64,000 bases of DNA from Spirochaetia bacterium (GCA_045606105.1 JAZURI010000010.1:1-64000), one strand, 5' to 3'. Positions 1-9,975 are shown, counted from the first letter of the stretch. Program-made: numbers and translations. Notes: generated by a model not told the origin, from the letters alone.

Positions 1-8
1 GCTTTTCC

Positions 9-60
9 GTTTTATCAGTTTTAACTTTTTATGTCAATAACTTTTTAAAACTTTTTTTAA
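9..60 (-). promoter_or_regulatory. sigma70-type promoter firing out of the left window edge (downstream member of a tandem pair)
   Basis: Minus strand TTGACA (32-37), 17 nt spacer, TAAAAC (9-14), with an A-tract UP-like element upstream. Confidence 0.55.
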
Positions 61-125
61 ATCAGTCCAGGTCTCGTAACCCGGAGATCATCTACATGTT
101 GCTGCTGTCTCTCGACTGCCTTGAC

Positions 126-180
126 AACTTACTACTTCCGCCCTTTTTTGTCAACTGCTTTTTTAAAAAATTTTTTCTCA
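126..180 (-). promoter_or_regulatory. sigma70-type promoter firing toward the left window edge (upstream member of a tandem pair)
   Basis: Minus strand TTGACA (149-154), 17 nt spacer, TAAGTT (126-131), with an A/T-tract UP-like element upstream. Confidence 0.6.
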
Positions 181-765
181 ACTTTTTTTGAAGATGGATT
201 TCTTCATATATATTAAATAGTCGAGCAGTGACACAAGTGACGCAATTCCTGCCAGGATAAAGAGAACCAGTGTTACAGAGCGCAAAGCATCAATAATTTC
301 GGAAAAAATACCGAGACGCTCTATGGAAACGAAGATAAGTCCTCCGATACCGGCAAAAGCATATGCCCAGGCCTTGAGCTTACCGCCCATTCTGGCACCC
401 ATGGCAATACCCTTCTTCATCACAAGTATCCTGAAAAAAAGAATGGAAATTTCTCTGTAGATAATTATCGCAAACACCCATACCGGCATGATTCCCAGCC
501 CCACAAAGCAGAGAAAGTATGTAAGACGGCTGAAAACATCGGCAAAAGGGTCGAAAAGCTTGCCGAAATCTGAAACCTGGTTCGAAGCGCGGGCTGCCAT
601 TCCGTCAAAAAGGTCCGAGAATTCCATGATAAGGAAAATAATCCAGATCAGATATACGGATCCTGCTTCAAAAGCACCACCTGTCCATACAGGGATAAAA
701 AAGATAATCAGAAAAACCGGTGACAGCATTATTCTGAGTGCTGTCAAAAAATTAGCTAAATTCAT
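178..765 (-). CDS. pgsA: CDP-diacylglycerol--glycerol-3-phosphate 3-phosphatidyltransferase
   Basis: N-terminal NLANFLTALR; CDP-alcohol phosphotransferase motif DLFDGMAAR-x5-DFGKLFDPFAD; RE and GKLKA motifs; hydrophobic. Confidence 0.9.
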   Translation of the reverse strand: MNLANFLTALRIMLSPVFLIIFFIPVWTGGAFEAGSVYLIWIIFLIMEFSDLFDGMAARASNQVSDFGKLFDPFADVFSRLTYFLCFVGLGIMPVWVFAIIIYREISILFFRILVMKKGIAMGARMGGKLKAWAYAFAGIGGLIFVSIERLGIFSEIIDALRSVTLVLFILAGIASLVSLLDYLIYMKKSIFKKS

Positions 766-792
766 GGCTCAAGTATTCCCTTAATTTCATTA

Positions 793-2202
793 TTAATCAA
801 GAACATATTTCTTGTTTTTTTCCACTATTTCAACTTTAGGGAAACCATTTTCCTTGAGGAATGCCTTGAAGGTCTTCAAAGCGTCGGGATCCCCGTGAAC
901 CAGGAAAATCTTCTTCAGCGCCGAAAGGTCCATTGAACGGAGATATTCAAGCAGCTCCTGATAGTCCGCATGACCGCTGAGAGACTTGAGCTCCTTGATC
1001 TGCGCCTTTACCTCGTACATGTCACCGAAGATCTTTACAGGAGACTGACCGTCCCTGATTTTTCTTCCCAATGTATACTCTGCCATATATCCTACCAGCA
1101 GCAGTGTATTCTTGGAATCTCCGATATTGTTGATGAGATGATGGAGAATACGGCCCGATTCACACATTCCGGAAGCTGAAATTATGATGCATGGCTTGCC
1201 GAAGGTGTTTATTTCCTTTGATTCCTCGGCACTGTCGGTATATCTTACTTCGTTGAAACCGAAAGGATTCCTGTGGTGTACAGTGAATGCCTCATGGGTC
1301 TCCTCGTCGTAACATTCCTGATGAAGCTTGTATATGGCTGTGGCATTGACCGCCATAGGACTGTCCACGAATACCGGAATCGGAGGAATAAGGTTCCTGT
1401 CCCTGAGAAGATGCAGGTAGAAAATGATTTCCTGGGTACGACCTACCGCAAAGGATGGAATAATGATATTGCCGCCCCGCTCCACAGTGTCGTTGATGAC
1501 CTTGGCAAGATCCTCCATGAGAGAGTCCTTAGGGCCGTGAAGCCTGTCGCCGTATGTGCTTTCCATGATTATATATTCTGCAGGCGGTGCAGGCTGAGGG
1601 TCCTTGAGAATAGGCTCATCCTTCCGCCCCACATCTCCCGAAAAAAGGATCCTGGTGGTCTTGTCACCGTCCTTCACGGTAAAGTGAACAAGGGAAGAGC
1701 CGAGAATATGTCCGGCATCGATGAATCTGGCCTCTATTCCGTCCGCAACAATCTGCGGTCTGTTGTATGCAATGGTAACGAACTGGTTCATTACCTCCAC
1801 AACATCTATATCCTTGTAAAGAGGCTGCCAGTCAAATTTTTCACCTCTCTTTGCAGCTCTCTTGCTGAGGAACATGGCATCTCCGGCCTGTATCTTGGCA
1901 GAATCCATCAATATAAGGTTGGCAAGATCCCTGGTAGCACTGGTTGAATATATGTTTCCGTAATATTTTTTCTTCGGAAGAAGTGGAAGAAGTCCGCTGT
2001 GGTCATAGTGAGCATGAGTAAGAACAACGGCTGAAAGCTCTGATGCATTGAAATCCCATTCACGGTTCTTCCGGTCGGATTCCTCACGCCGGCCCTGGTA
2101 TGCACCGCAGTCGATAAGTATTTTTTTGTCATCTACCGAAAGAAAATGCTTGGAACCGGTAACCTCACCGGCAGCTCCCTTTGAAAAAAATGTTATACTC
2201 AT
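793..2202 (-). CDS. metallo-beta-lactamase / beta-CASP family ribonuclease
   Basis: GAAGEVTGS, THAHYDH, AGHILGS, FSGDVG, ESTYG, SGHAD and VHGD motifs. Confidence 0.9.
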   Translation of the reverse strand: MSITFFSKGAAGEVTGSKHFLSVDDKKILIDCGAYQGRREESDRKNREWDFNASELSAVVLTHAHYDHSGLLPLLPKKKYYGNIYSTSATRDLANLILMDSAKIQAGDAMFLSKRAAKRGEKFDWQPLYKDIDVVEVMNQFVTIAYNRPQIVADGIEARFIDAGHILGSSLVHFTVKDGDKTTRILFSGDVGRKDEPILKDPQPAPPAEYIIMESTYGDRLHGPKDSLMEDLAKVINDTVERGGNIIIPSFAVGRTQEIIFYLHLLRDRNLIPPIPVFVDSPMAVNATAIYKLHQECYDEETHEAFTVHHRNPFGFNEVRYTDSAEESKEINTFGKPCIIISASGMCESGRILHHLINNIGDSKNTLLLVGYMAEYTLGRKIRDGQSPVKIFGDMYEVKAQIKELKSLSGHADYQELLEYLRSMDLSALKKIFLVHGDPDALKTFKAFLKENGFPKVEIVEKNKKYVLD

Positions 2203-2310
2203 ATAAAACTCCTGTATATTTATAGGATAACACCATTTCCCGATTTTGTCACATTTATTTTCTTCTTCCCTTATTCATGAATAATTGATAATATAAAAGC
2301 AGAGGAAACC

Positions 2311-2865
2311 ATGAACGAAGAAACAAACAAAGAAAACGACAGATTCCTGAAAACAAGAACTGTCCTTATTGCCGGAGAAATTGACAAGAAAATGTCTGAA
2401 AAGGTCATAAAGGAGCTTCTGATCCTGGAAGGGGAAGGAGATGATCCGGTAAAAGTATTCATCGATTCTCCCGGCGGAGATGTTGATGCAGCCTTTGCCA
2501 TCTTTGATACCATAAGATTCATCAGGCCGAAGGTGACCGTGGTGGCTGTAGGTCTTGCCGCCAGTGCCGGTGCCCTTATACTTCTTGCAGGAGAAAAGGA
2601 AAACAGATTCGGATTCCCGAATTCACATTACATGATACACCAGCCGCTCAGCGGAATCAGGGGTGTGGCCACCGATATCCAGATTCATGCCGCAGAGCTT
2701 GAAAAAACAAGACATAAGCTGAATTCCCTTATTGCGGAGGAAACAGGAAGAGCCCTTGAACAGGTTGAAAAGGATACAGACCGGAATTACTGGCTTTCTG
2801 CTGAGGAGGCAGTGGAATACGGACTTATTTCCGGAATCATTTCAAGAAGGGAAGAACTTTTATAA
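2311..2865 (+). CDS. clpP: ATP-dependent Clp protease proteolytic subunit (short N-terminus; Asn at the triad Asp position)
   Basis: IDSPGG, AASAG (Ser), MIHQP (His), DRNYWLSAEEAVEYGLI; SD-like GAGGA upstream. Confidence 0.93.
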   Translation: MNEETNKENDRFLKTRTVLIAGEIDKKMSEKVIKELLILEGEGDDPVKVFIDSPGGDVDAAFAIFDTIRFIRPKVTVVAVGLAASAGALILLAGEKENRFGFPNSHYMIHQPLSGIRGVATDIQIHAAELEKTRHKLNSLIAEETGRALEQVEKDTDRNYWLSAEEAVEYGLISGIISRREELL

Positions 2866-2919
2866 TTTTCTTTCCGGCAGGAAAGAAGCAGAACCCTTTA
2901 TCTGCCCTTTATTACAGGC

Positions 2920-3576
2920 ATGAAGATAAAGGAAATGACACCTGAAAGCAGACCAAGGGAGAGGCTGCTGAAAAACGGCCCCTCCGGACTTTCCGATTCT
3001 GAGCTGATAGCCATCATGCTGGGGTCGGGGATAAAAGGCAAGAATATTACAGCTTTATCCAGGGAAATTGTCAGGAAGCTCGACAAGGAAGACTACAGTG
3101 TCGACGTGGAAAGCCTGATGAAGATAAACGGACTGGGACAGGCAAAAGCCTCCGTTCTGGCCGCCGCCCTGGAATTTTCAAGAAGAATAATGCTTCCCGG
3201 ATCGGGAAAAATCAGAAACCCCAAGGACATATTGAAAGCAGTCAATCACTATTCCGACAGACCTCAGGAATACTTCCTGTGCCTGTCCCTCAACGGGGCA
3301 TATGAGATATCCCACATCAGGGTAGTTTCCATAGGACTTGTAAACAGGACAATGGTTCATCCCAGGGAGGTCTTTGCCCAGCCGGTACAGGACAGGGCGG
3401 CCGCCGTAATATGTGCCCACAATCATCCCAGCGGAAACACGGAACCCAGCAAGGAGGACGAGGATGTGACAAAGCTTCTGAAAAATGCGGGAAAGCTACT
3501 GGGAATAGAGCTGCTGGATCATATTATTTTTTCAACCAAGGGATATTACAGCTTTGCGGAAAACGGAAAATTGTAA
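2920..3576 (+). CDS. radC: RadC family JAB-domain protein (full-length form)
   Basis: RPRERL...LSDSELIA N-terminus; VHPREVF, HNHPSG-x3-PSxED, LLDHII. Confidence 0.92.
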   Translation: MKIKEMTPESRPRERLLKNGPSGLSDSELIAIMLGSGIKGKNITALSREIVRKLDKEDYSVDVESLMKINGLGQAKASVLAAALEFSRRIMLPGSGKIRNPKDILKAVNHYSDRPQEYFLCLSLNGAYEISHIRVVSIGLVNRTMVHPREVFAQPVQDRAAAVICAHNHPSGNTEPSKEDEDVTKLLKNAGKLLGIELLDHIIFSTKGYYSFAENGKL

Positions 3577-4166
3577 CGGGAAAACAGCCTGATGAAAAAA
3601 CCTACCAGAATCGCCGCCAGCAGGGTACCCTCCCTGATGCCGACAACTCCGTGAAGAAAGCAGAGAGAGCAAACCAGTGCCAGAAGGGAAACGGAGCAGT
3701 CGAAACAGATTTTCACCGTTCCGAAAACAAGCCTGTACTCATCAGCCACAACCTTGATGAATGCATCTCCGGGAAGAAGTGTTATATCGGCCCTGATCTG
3801 AAGCCATACACCCACCGCCAGGACAAAGCAACCGAAAACAGTTTCCAGGAGCTTAAGGATATAGCTCTGCGGGATAAAGAAGCCGGTAAGCCACACACCC
3901 AGGTCTATGCAGAGACCGAAAACCACCAGCATGGGAAGCTGTATAATCTGAAAAGCTCTGAAACGACGCTTCAGGATAGCAATCTGCCCCAGAAAGAATA
4001 CAATGTTTATAATGATGGTTGCTGCTCCGAAGCTCCAGGGAATAATGAAGGTAGTAACATAAGGGAGGCTTGAGATGGGAGAGGTTCCCAGCCCCGGCGT
4101 ACTTCCCATGGCCACACCTAACCCGGCCAGAAGAAGGCCTATACAAAAAAGAAGCAATCGTTTCAT
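3546..4166 (-). CDS. YczE/YitT-like integral membrane protein
   Basis: LGTSPISSLPY, KICFD and GIREGT motifs; multiple hydrophobic helices. Confidence 0.75.
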   Translation of the reverse strand: MKRLLLFCIGLLLAGLGVAMGSTPGLGTSPISSLPYVTTFIIPWSFGAATIIINIVFFLGQIAILKRRFRAFQIIQLPMLVVFGLCIDLGVWLTGFFIPQSYILKLLETVFGCFVLAVGVWLQIRADITLLPGDAFIKVVADEYRLVFGTVKICFDCSVSLLALVCSLCFLHGVVGIREGTLLAAILVGFFIRLFSRYNFPFSAKL

Positions 4167-4179
4167 CAGATTCCCAAAA

Positions 4180-5304
4180 TCATTTCAGCAGTTTCAATAC
4201 ATTTGCTACCGTATAACCGATATTTTCCTCGCTGAAGTTCCTGCTTACGGAAAAATCCTGAGGAAGCCTGTTGATAGGGAAAACAGCAGTGACACCCATT
4301 CCGTAGATATCCTGTATCTCACGGTCCTTCACACCGCCCACCAAGGCAATTACCCTGCGCTTCTGCAGAGATGCCCTTGCTGCGATTCCTGCTATAACCT
4401 TTCCTCCCAGACTCTGACTGTCCAGCAGTCCTTCCCCGGTTATAATATAATCGGCATCTGATATGATTTTATCAAAACCCACAACTTCAAGCAATATACC
4501 GATTCCTGATTCAAGCCTCGAACCCAGGAAGGCAACCATACCGGCACCCATGGCACCGGCCGCCCCGGATCCCGGAATCCTGCCGATATCTCTCCCTGCC
4601 GCCGCCGACAGAACGGAATCCAGATGAACAAGCCCCCGGTCCAGAAGCTCTGTCATTTCCGGCCCGGCCCCTTTCTGCGGAGCAAAAACATAGGCTGCAC
4701 CCTTTTTTCCGTGCATCGGGTTCTCTATATCGCACATGGTAATTATTTCAATGTTTTCAAGAACGGGATTGAGCCGGCTGAAATCAACCGATGCTATCCG
4801 GGAAAGATTTTTTCCCACAGGGACAAATTCCTTTCCGTCATGATCGATAAAACGGATACCCAGGGCTGCAGCCATTCCGCATCCGCCGTCGTTGGTTGCC
4901 GAACCTCCCAGCCCGACTATTATCTTACGGACTCCCAGAGCGGCTGCATGGGCAATAAGCTGTCCCACCCCGAAGGTGGTGGTTTCTGCCGGATTCTTAC
5001 GTCCCTCTGCCAGAGGAAGCCCGGCACAGGCAGCCATCTCTATTACGGCCGTGGTACCGTCGGACAGTATTCCGTACCGGCATTCCATATCCTCAAAAAA
5101 AGGGCCTTTTACCGATGTACTGACCTTGGTTCCGCCCACAGCCTCAAGAAAGGCATCAACAGTTCCCTCGCCGCCGTCAGCCACAGGGATGGAAACAGTA
5201 ACCGCCTCCGGAAACTCCTTTTTTATTTCAGCTTCGATAACGGAGCAGACCCGCGATGAACTGACAGTCCCCTTGAAGGAATCGGGAATAAGAACAAATT
5301 TCAT
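4180..5304 (-). CDS. glxK: glycerate kinase (GlxK/GarK family)
   Basis: PDSFKG, ADGGEG, GLGGSATNDGG, FAPQKGA, ITGEG motifs. Confidence 0.93.
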   Translation of the reverse strand: MKFVLIPDSFKGTVSSSRVCSVIEAEIKKEFPEAVTVSIPVADGGEGTVDAFLEAVGGTKVSTSVKGPFFEDMECRYGILSDGTTAVIEMAACAGLPLAEGRKNPAETTTFGVGQLIAHAAALGVRKIIVGLGGSATNDGGCGMAAALGIRFIDHDGKEFVPVGKNLSRIASVDFSRLNPVLENIEIITMCDIENPMHGKKGAAYVFAPQKGAGPEMTELLDRGLVHLDSVLSAAAGRDIGRIPGSGAAGAMGAGMVAFLGSRLESGIGILLEVVGFDKIISDADYIITGEGLLDSQSLGGKVIAGIAARASLQKRRVIALVGGVKDREIQDIYGMGVTAVFPINRLPQDFSVSRNFSEENIGYTVANVLKLLK

Positions 5305-5310
5305 GGTATA

Positions 5311-6588
5311 CTATCCTTTTACAATAACAGAAACTCCGTCCGGTATCACCGTAACGGAATAATCCCTGCTGTTTACAATTTCTATTGCGGCAGTCATAGC
5401 CTCTTCCACATTTTTAGCCGGAATCATATGCATATCCCTTACAACTGCTTCATCACATTCCGAAACAAATATAACCGTGGCTTTCATCAGTACCCTGGCA
5501 AAAATCTGGGACTGCCATTGGTCTGCAGCTGTTTTTTCCGGCGGGCAGGCAGCAAAAGTTTCCATTATATGCTCCAGAGACTTATCATCCCTGAATGTTT
5601 TATAAAACCCTTTTCCGCCATGACCATCCGCAGATGCCGCTACCATGATTATAACACCGTTTTTCCTTACCGTTGCCTCTGCTGCAGTCATCCCCTTTAC
5701 AGCCTGATAAATATTCTGATCCATGGGATAACCGCCGTTTGTTGAAACAACAATATCTGCAGGAACTGCATCTACCATGCACCTTTCCTTTAGAAATTCA
5801 CGCCCGGCTCTGTGAGCCTCTTCGTAGTTGCCGGCAACGGCATATACCGGCTTATGCTCAGAATTTATAACAACATTTACGACAAATGCAAGCTTTGCCC
5901 GACCTGCAGCATACAACATATCCACATGTACAGGATTGTTCTCCGTAATTCCTGTCCTGGCACAAGGAGATGCAATAAAAGAGTAATTATGATTATAGAC
6001 TACTGTTTCACGGCCTGCTATTCCGGGCAGAACACTCTTCCGTCCTCCTGAAAAACCGGCAAAGAAGTGTGGCTCAATAAACCCCTCCGAAACAAGGAGA
6101 TCTGCCTCTGCAGCCAGTCTGTTTATTATTAATCTGCCACCGGACGGAAGAATTCCGATATATGCAAGATTTTCTTCATCGTCACAGTCATGAATAACGA
6201 TTTTTTCCTTTTTCATTATTTCAGAGCCGAACTTCTCTTCCAGTTCTTCCATAGTGGTGGCACGATGAAGGCCTGTAGCTATGAGGATGGTAATATCGGC
6301 ATCCGGATTTCCGCGTCTGATTTCATCAAGCATAAGAGGCATTATTATACGGCTCGGCACCGGTCTGGTATGATCTGAAGCTATAATGACAATTCTTTTT
6401 TTTCCTTCGGACAACTTGCAGAGATGTTCCGAACCTACAGGATTTTCAAGAGCCTTCTTTACAAGCTCCGTTCCTTCGCATTCAGGCACATATTCATTAA
6501 GCCCTGACCTGAGAACTCCGGCTATATGATTTTCAGGTAAATTAAATTCCAGATGGCCTCTGCCATAGGGAACAGTAAATTTTTTCAT
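5311..6588 (-). CDS. larA: nickel-pincer-dependent lactate racemase (LarA) family protein
   Basis: SDHTRP, ATGLH, EPHFFAGFSGGRKS, NH, GGYPMDQNIYQAVK motifs; substrate not determinable from sequence. Confidence 0.88.
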   Translation of the reverse strand: MKKFTVPYGRGHLEFNLPENHIAGVLRSGLNEYVPECEGTELVKKALENPVGSEHLCKLSEGKKRIVIIASDHTRPVPSRIIMPLMLDEIRRGNPDADITILIATGLHRATTMEELEEKFGSEIMKKEKIVIHDCDDEENLAYIGILPSGGRLIINRLAAEADLLVSEGFIEPHFFAGFSGGRKSVLPGIAGRETVVYNHNYSFIASPCARTGITENNPVHVDMLYAAGRAKLAFVVNVVINSEHKPVYAVAGNYEEAHRAGREFLKERCMVDAVPADIVVSTNGGYPMDQNIYQAVKGMTAAEATVRKNGVIIMVAASADGHGGKGFYKTFRDDKSLEHIMETFAACPPEKTAADQWQSQIFARVLMKATVIFVSECDEAVVRDMHMIPAKNVEEAMTAAIEIVNSRDYSVTVIPDGVSVIVKG

Positions 6589-6603
6589 GGTATTTCTCCG
6601 TTT

Positions 6604-7263
6604 TCAGGCATCTACCAGACCGATATGGATGGCATATTTTATCAGCTCCACCATGTTGCGGCAGTTCAGCTTCTGCATGATGTTGGTCCTGTGGTTTATT
6701 GCAGTTTTCACGCTTATGCAAAGCTCTGCGGCGATATCCTTTATATCCTGCCCTTCAGCCAGCATCCTGAGAACCTCCTGCTCCCTGAGAGTAAGCGTAT
6801 CATAGGAGTTGCTGTCAGGAATAAGGATATCGGGAGATTCCGGCGACAGGAGAGTTGAAATAACTTTGCCGCTTATTTTGCTGTCAACATAGGTCTCGCC
6901 GTTTATAACCTTCTGTATGCCGTTTATTATACTGTCCATGTCGGCTTCCTTGAGGATATACCCCTTGGCCCCTGCCTTCAGGGATTCCGTAATATATATT
7001 ACCTTGGAATACATGGAAAGCATGACAATCCTGGTATCCGGAAGCTTGTTCATGATTTTTTTTGTCAGGTCTATTCCTGAGGTTCCGCATAGTGAAATAT
7101 CCATTACTATAAGCTCAGGAGTATAACGAAGTGCCATTTCAAGACCTTCATCACTGGTTCCTGCTTCATAGATATTTTCAGCCATGAATCTGGAATGCAG
7201 CAGATTCTTTATACTTGCCCTTACTGCCGGATGGTCATCGACCAACAATACTGCCTTCATCAT
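6604..7263 (-). CDS. NarL/LuxR family two-component response regulator
   Basis: REC domain (VDDH, MDISL, GYILK) plus LuxR HTH (LTLREQEVL...ISVKTAINHRTNIMQKL). Confidence 0.93.
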   Translation of the reverse strand: MMKAVLLVDDHPAVRASIKNLLHSRFMAENIYEAGTSDEGLEMALRYTPELIVMDISLCGTSGIDLTKKIMNKLPDTRIVMLSMYSKVIYITESLKAGAKGYILKEADMDSIINGIQKVINGETYVDSKISGKVISTLLSPESPDILIPDSNSYDTLTLREQEVLRMLAEGQDIKDIAAELCISVKTAINHRTNIMQKLNCRNMVELIKYAIHIGLVDA

Positions 7264-8522
7264 AAATTTTCACCTCGGTATGGTATTCTAACACTTATTT
7301 TTGTTCCCTTTCCCACCACAGAAGATATTTTTATGGTTCCATCGTAGATTTTTACCCTTTCCCGCATACCAAACATACCGATGTGAGAACGGGAAGGATC
7401 CAGAACCAGACGGTTTTCAGGAATGCCCTTGCCGTTATCCTCCACCGTAAACATGATATAAGGATGGGAATATACAAGCTTTATGCTGACTGTATCGGCT
7501 TCTGCATATTTTACTATATTGTTCAGGCTTTCCTGAATAATCCGGAAAAAATTTATCCTCATATCCTCCGGCATTACTATTTTATTCATTCCTGCCGCAG
7601 AAAAATTCAACCTGTGTGCAGGACACAGAAACTCCGCGGCATAGGCTTTTATTACATTTACAAAGGCTTCTCCTGAGTTATCAGATGTGATAAACGGTAT
7701 AAGGTTAAAGGAAATATCTCTTGAGGTATCTATAAGCGTATTCATTTCTCTGATAATATACCGCTGCTCCTCTCCGCCGAGCTTCTGCTCCGCGTATTTC
7801 AGTACATCCCGGAGTCTGTGTACTATACAATCGTGGATATCCAGCGCAATTCTTTTTCTTTCCGAATCCCTGATCTTAAAAAGAGTCCGGGTCATCTTCT
7901 GGTTTTCCTCCTCTTCCGAAAGCTTCTGCTCTATCTTGAAATTACGATAGAGTGCAAAAGTAAAAAGAATCATGAGAACTATTACAACCAGATATGATAT
8001 TATCATGCTTTGATGCTGCTGCCTGATATTTGCCTTGAGGGAAAGATGCTTCAGAACCTCAAAGAACCGGTCCATTTCCTGGGTATCGCGGGCCATCCAC
8101 ATTATCAAAGTGGAAAACTCATCAAGGCTTTTTTCATGCTGAAGAATAAAGGCCAGCTGATACTGCACCTTCTGCCAGTTATAAACAAGACATTGACGGA
8201 TATGCCTGATATGCGGATAGTATTTCTCCATCTCCACAAAGACCTTATCATCAATATTAACCATAGAGGAATCAAAAACCTCGAAGCTGTTGAGCAGACG
8301 ATCCCTGCTGAAGCCCCGTTTCGGAGTTTCGGAAGCAAGATATGACAGCACCTCGGAACGGAGAACCAGCCAGTTGTCATACATTTCATTTATCTGGGTG
8401 TTTTTTTTGAGAAAATTTTTACCCGAATCCGAGAAATAAATTATAGTAAGAACGATGGTGCATAGAATGAGTACTTCTGTCAGAAAAAAAAGCTTGGTCT
8501 TTTTTGATATTTTCTCTGCCAT
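7260..8522 (-). CDS. membrane sensor histidine kinase (HisKA_3 type)
   Basis: Two TM segments flanking an extracytoplasmic domain; ERKRIALDIHD H-box; QESLNN, DNGKG, GMFGMRERV; 4-nt overlap with the regulator gene. Confidence 0.92.
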   Translation of the reverse strand: MAEKISKKTKLFFLTEVLILCTIVLTIIYFSDSGKNFLKKNTQINEMYDNWLVLRSEVLSYLASETPKRGFSRDRLLNSFEVFDSSMVNIDDKVFVEMEKYYPHIRHIRQCLVYNWQKVQYQLAFILQHEKSLDEFSTLIMWMARDTQEMDRFFEVLKHLSLKANIRQQHQSMIISYLVVIVLMILFTFALYRNFKIEQKLSEEEENQKMTRTLFKIRDSERKRIALDIHDCIVHRLRDVLKYAEQKLGGEEQRYIIREMNTLIDTSRDISFNLIPFITSDNSGEAFVNVIKAYAAEFLCPAHRLNFSAAGMNKIVMPEDMRINFFRIIQESLNNIVKYAEADTVSIKLVYSHPYIMFTVEDNGKGIPENRLVLDPSRSHIGMFGMRERVKIYDGTIKISSVVGKGTKISVRIPYRGENL

Positions 8523-8548
8523 AATGCAATTCTACCGCAAATGTTCAG

Positions 8549-8590
8549 AAAAGAAAACCTTGCACCCCGGCAAAAAACCAAGGTACAAGG
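8549..8590 (-). terminator. probable intrinsic terminator after the M20 amidohydrolase gene
   Basis: Minus strand stem CCTTGTACCTTGG / CCGGGGTGCAAGG (with G-U pairs) followed by TTTTCTTTT. Confidence 0.6.
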
Positions 8591-8613
8591 AAATATTCAG
8601 GGGATGATGAACG

Positions 8614-9975
8614 TTACCTACACCATCTGTATGCTGAAACTGCAAGCACCTTTATGCTTTTGATATAATCTTCTATATCTATGCACTCATCGGTTCTGTG
8701 CGCCATAGCCAGGTTACCCGGCCCGTAAATGATTGTCGGGATTCCACCCTGATTACCCAGATGCCTTGCATCACAGCCTCCGGCAAGACGCGAATAAGCT
8801 ACATCTTTTCCAAGGGTATCTGTAATAGCACCTGCGACTGTATCGCTGATTTCCCGTTTGTCATCAGGAAGAAGATAAGCATCATCATAATGCTGGAATT
8901 TCAGCACCGGAGGATTCTGCTTCAGCCATGGGTCATTGATACCCATAACCGCCTCTTTCAGCATGTTTTTTACATTATTGATTCCCTCTTTTCCTGTTCC
9001 CAGATATGGTGAAAAATATGCTACTCCGTTGATAACACATTCTGCCGCAGTTGCTGTAGAATATGTACCACCATGCATTTTTCCCACACAGAGAGACATC
9101 AATGTCTGCTCCTTGTTAAGTCCTTCTTCCAGACTGATAAGACTGTTTACCACAAGAGCTGCCTTTTCTATGGCACTTACTCCGAACATTTTCATGTTCT
9201 GCCATCTGGAGCCGGCATGGGTTTCATGCCCCTTAACCCGGACTTCCCAGTAAACACCTCCGCCGTTACCGTCAAGAATGATGTTTGCTCCTGATCCTGA
9301 AGGTTCTGTAACAATAGCTGCATCTGCCTTATAGCCTTCTGCAACCACGCCCAGAGCACCGGCTCCTGCATGCTCCTCATTGACAACAGACTGACACATC
9401 AGGTCGCCGGACAGTGGAATACCTAGCTTTACCAATGTTTCTGCGGCTCCTATCATTGCGGCAATACCACCCTTCATGTCTACGGAACCCCGTCCGTACA
9501 TACTGCCGTCAATAATTTTTCCTCCGAAAGGGTCCTGAGACCACTTACTTTCGTCTCCGACAGGTACTGTATCTATATGACCGTTGATAATGAGGGATTT
9601 ACCCTGACCTTTTCCCTTAATAAAGGCCACAACATTCGGTCTGTCCTTATAGGTTTTCAGCCTGTCGTAAGGAGAAGCCATAAGCTGCTCGTAAGTGAAC
9701 CTGTCCTCTGTCATGAGAGGCATGTCCAGCCCTTCTTCTCCTATGGAAGGAACCTGGGCAACATCAGGAAACATTTCAAACATTTTCTTTACATCGGGTT
9801 CTGAAAATTTAACATCAAACCCAAGCTTACGGAATCTGTCTGCCACATACTCCTGGGCATCCTTTTCATAGCCGGTAATACTTGGAATCCTTACAAGATC
9901 CTGAAGCATACCGATCATTGCTTCCCTGTTGGAATCAACATAATCAATAATTTTCTGTTCTACATTGTCCATCAT
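8614..9975 (-). CDS. M20 family metallo-amidohydrolase (ArgE/DapE-like)
   Basis: NGHIDTV, GRGSVDMKGG, VNEE, TEPS and C-terminal AH metal-ligand motifs. Confidence 0.88.
   Translation of the reverse strand: MMDNVEQKIIDYVDSNREAMIGMLQDLVRIPSITGYEKDAQEYVADRFRKLGFDVKFSEPDVKKMFEMFPDVAQVPSIGEEGLDMPLMTEDRFTYEQLMASPYDRLKTYKDRPNVVAFIKGKGQGKSLIINGHIDTVPVGDESKWSQDPFGGKIIDGSMYGRGSVDMKGGIAAMIGAAETLVKLGIPLSGDLMCQSVVNEEHAGAGALGVVAEGYKADAAIVTEPSGSGANIILDGNGGGVYWEVRVKGHETHAGSRWQNMKMFGVSAIEKAALVVNSLISLEEGLNKEQTLMSLCVGKMHGGTYSTATAAECVINGVAYFSPYLGTGKEGINNVKNMLKEAVMGINDPWLKQNPPVLKFQHYDDAYLLPDDKREISDTVAGAITDTLGKDVAYSRLAGGCDARHLGNQGGIPTIIYGPGNLAMAHRTDECIDIEDYIKSIKVLAVSAYRWCR

Noticed and set aside
2868-2910. Two small hairpins after clpP as a terminator
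   Set aside because: Stems are short or AT-rich and lack a convincing U-tract; not enough support to call
2920-3576. radC as a marker of a mobile element or anti-defence island
   Set aside because: It is the full-length chromosomal form next to clpP, with no integrase, transposase or other mobile genes nearby
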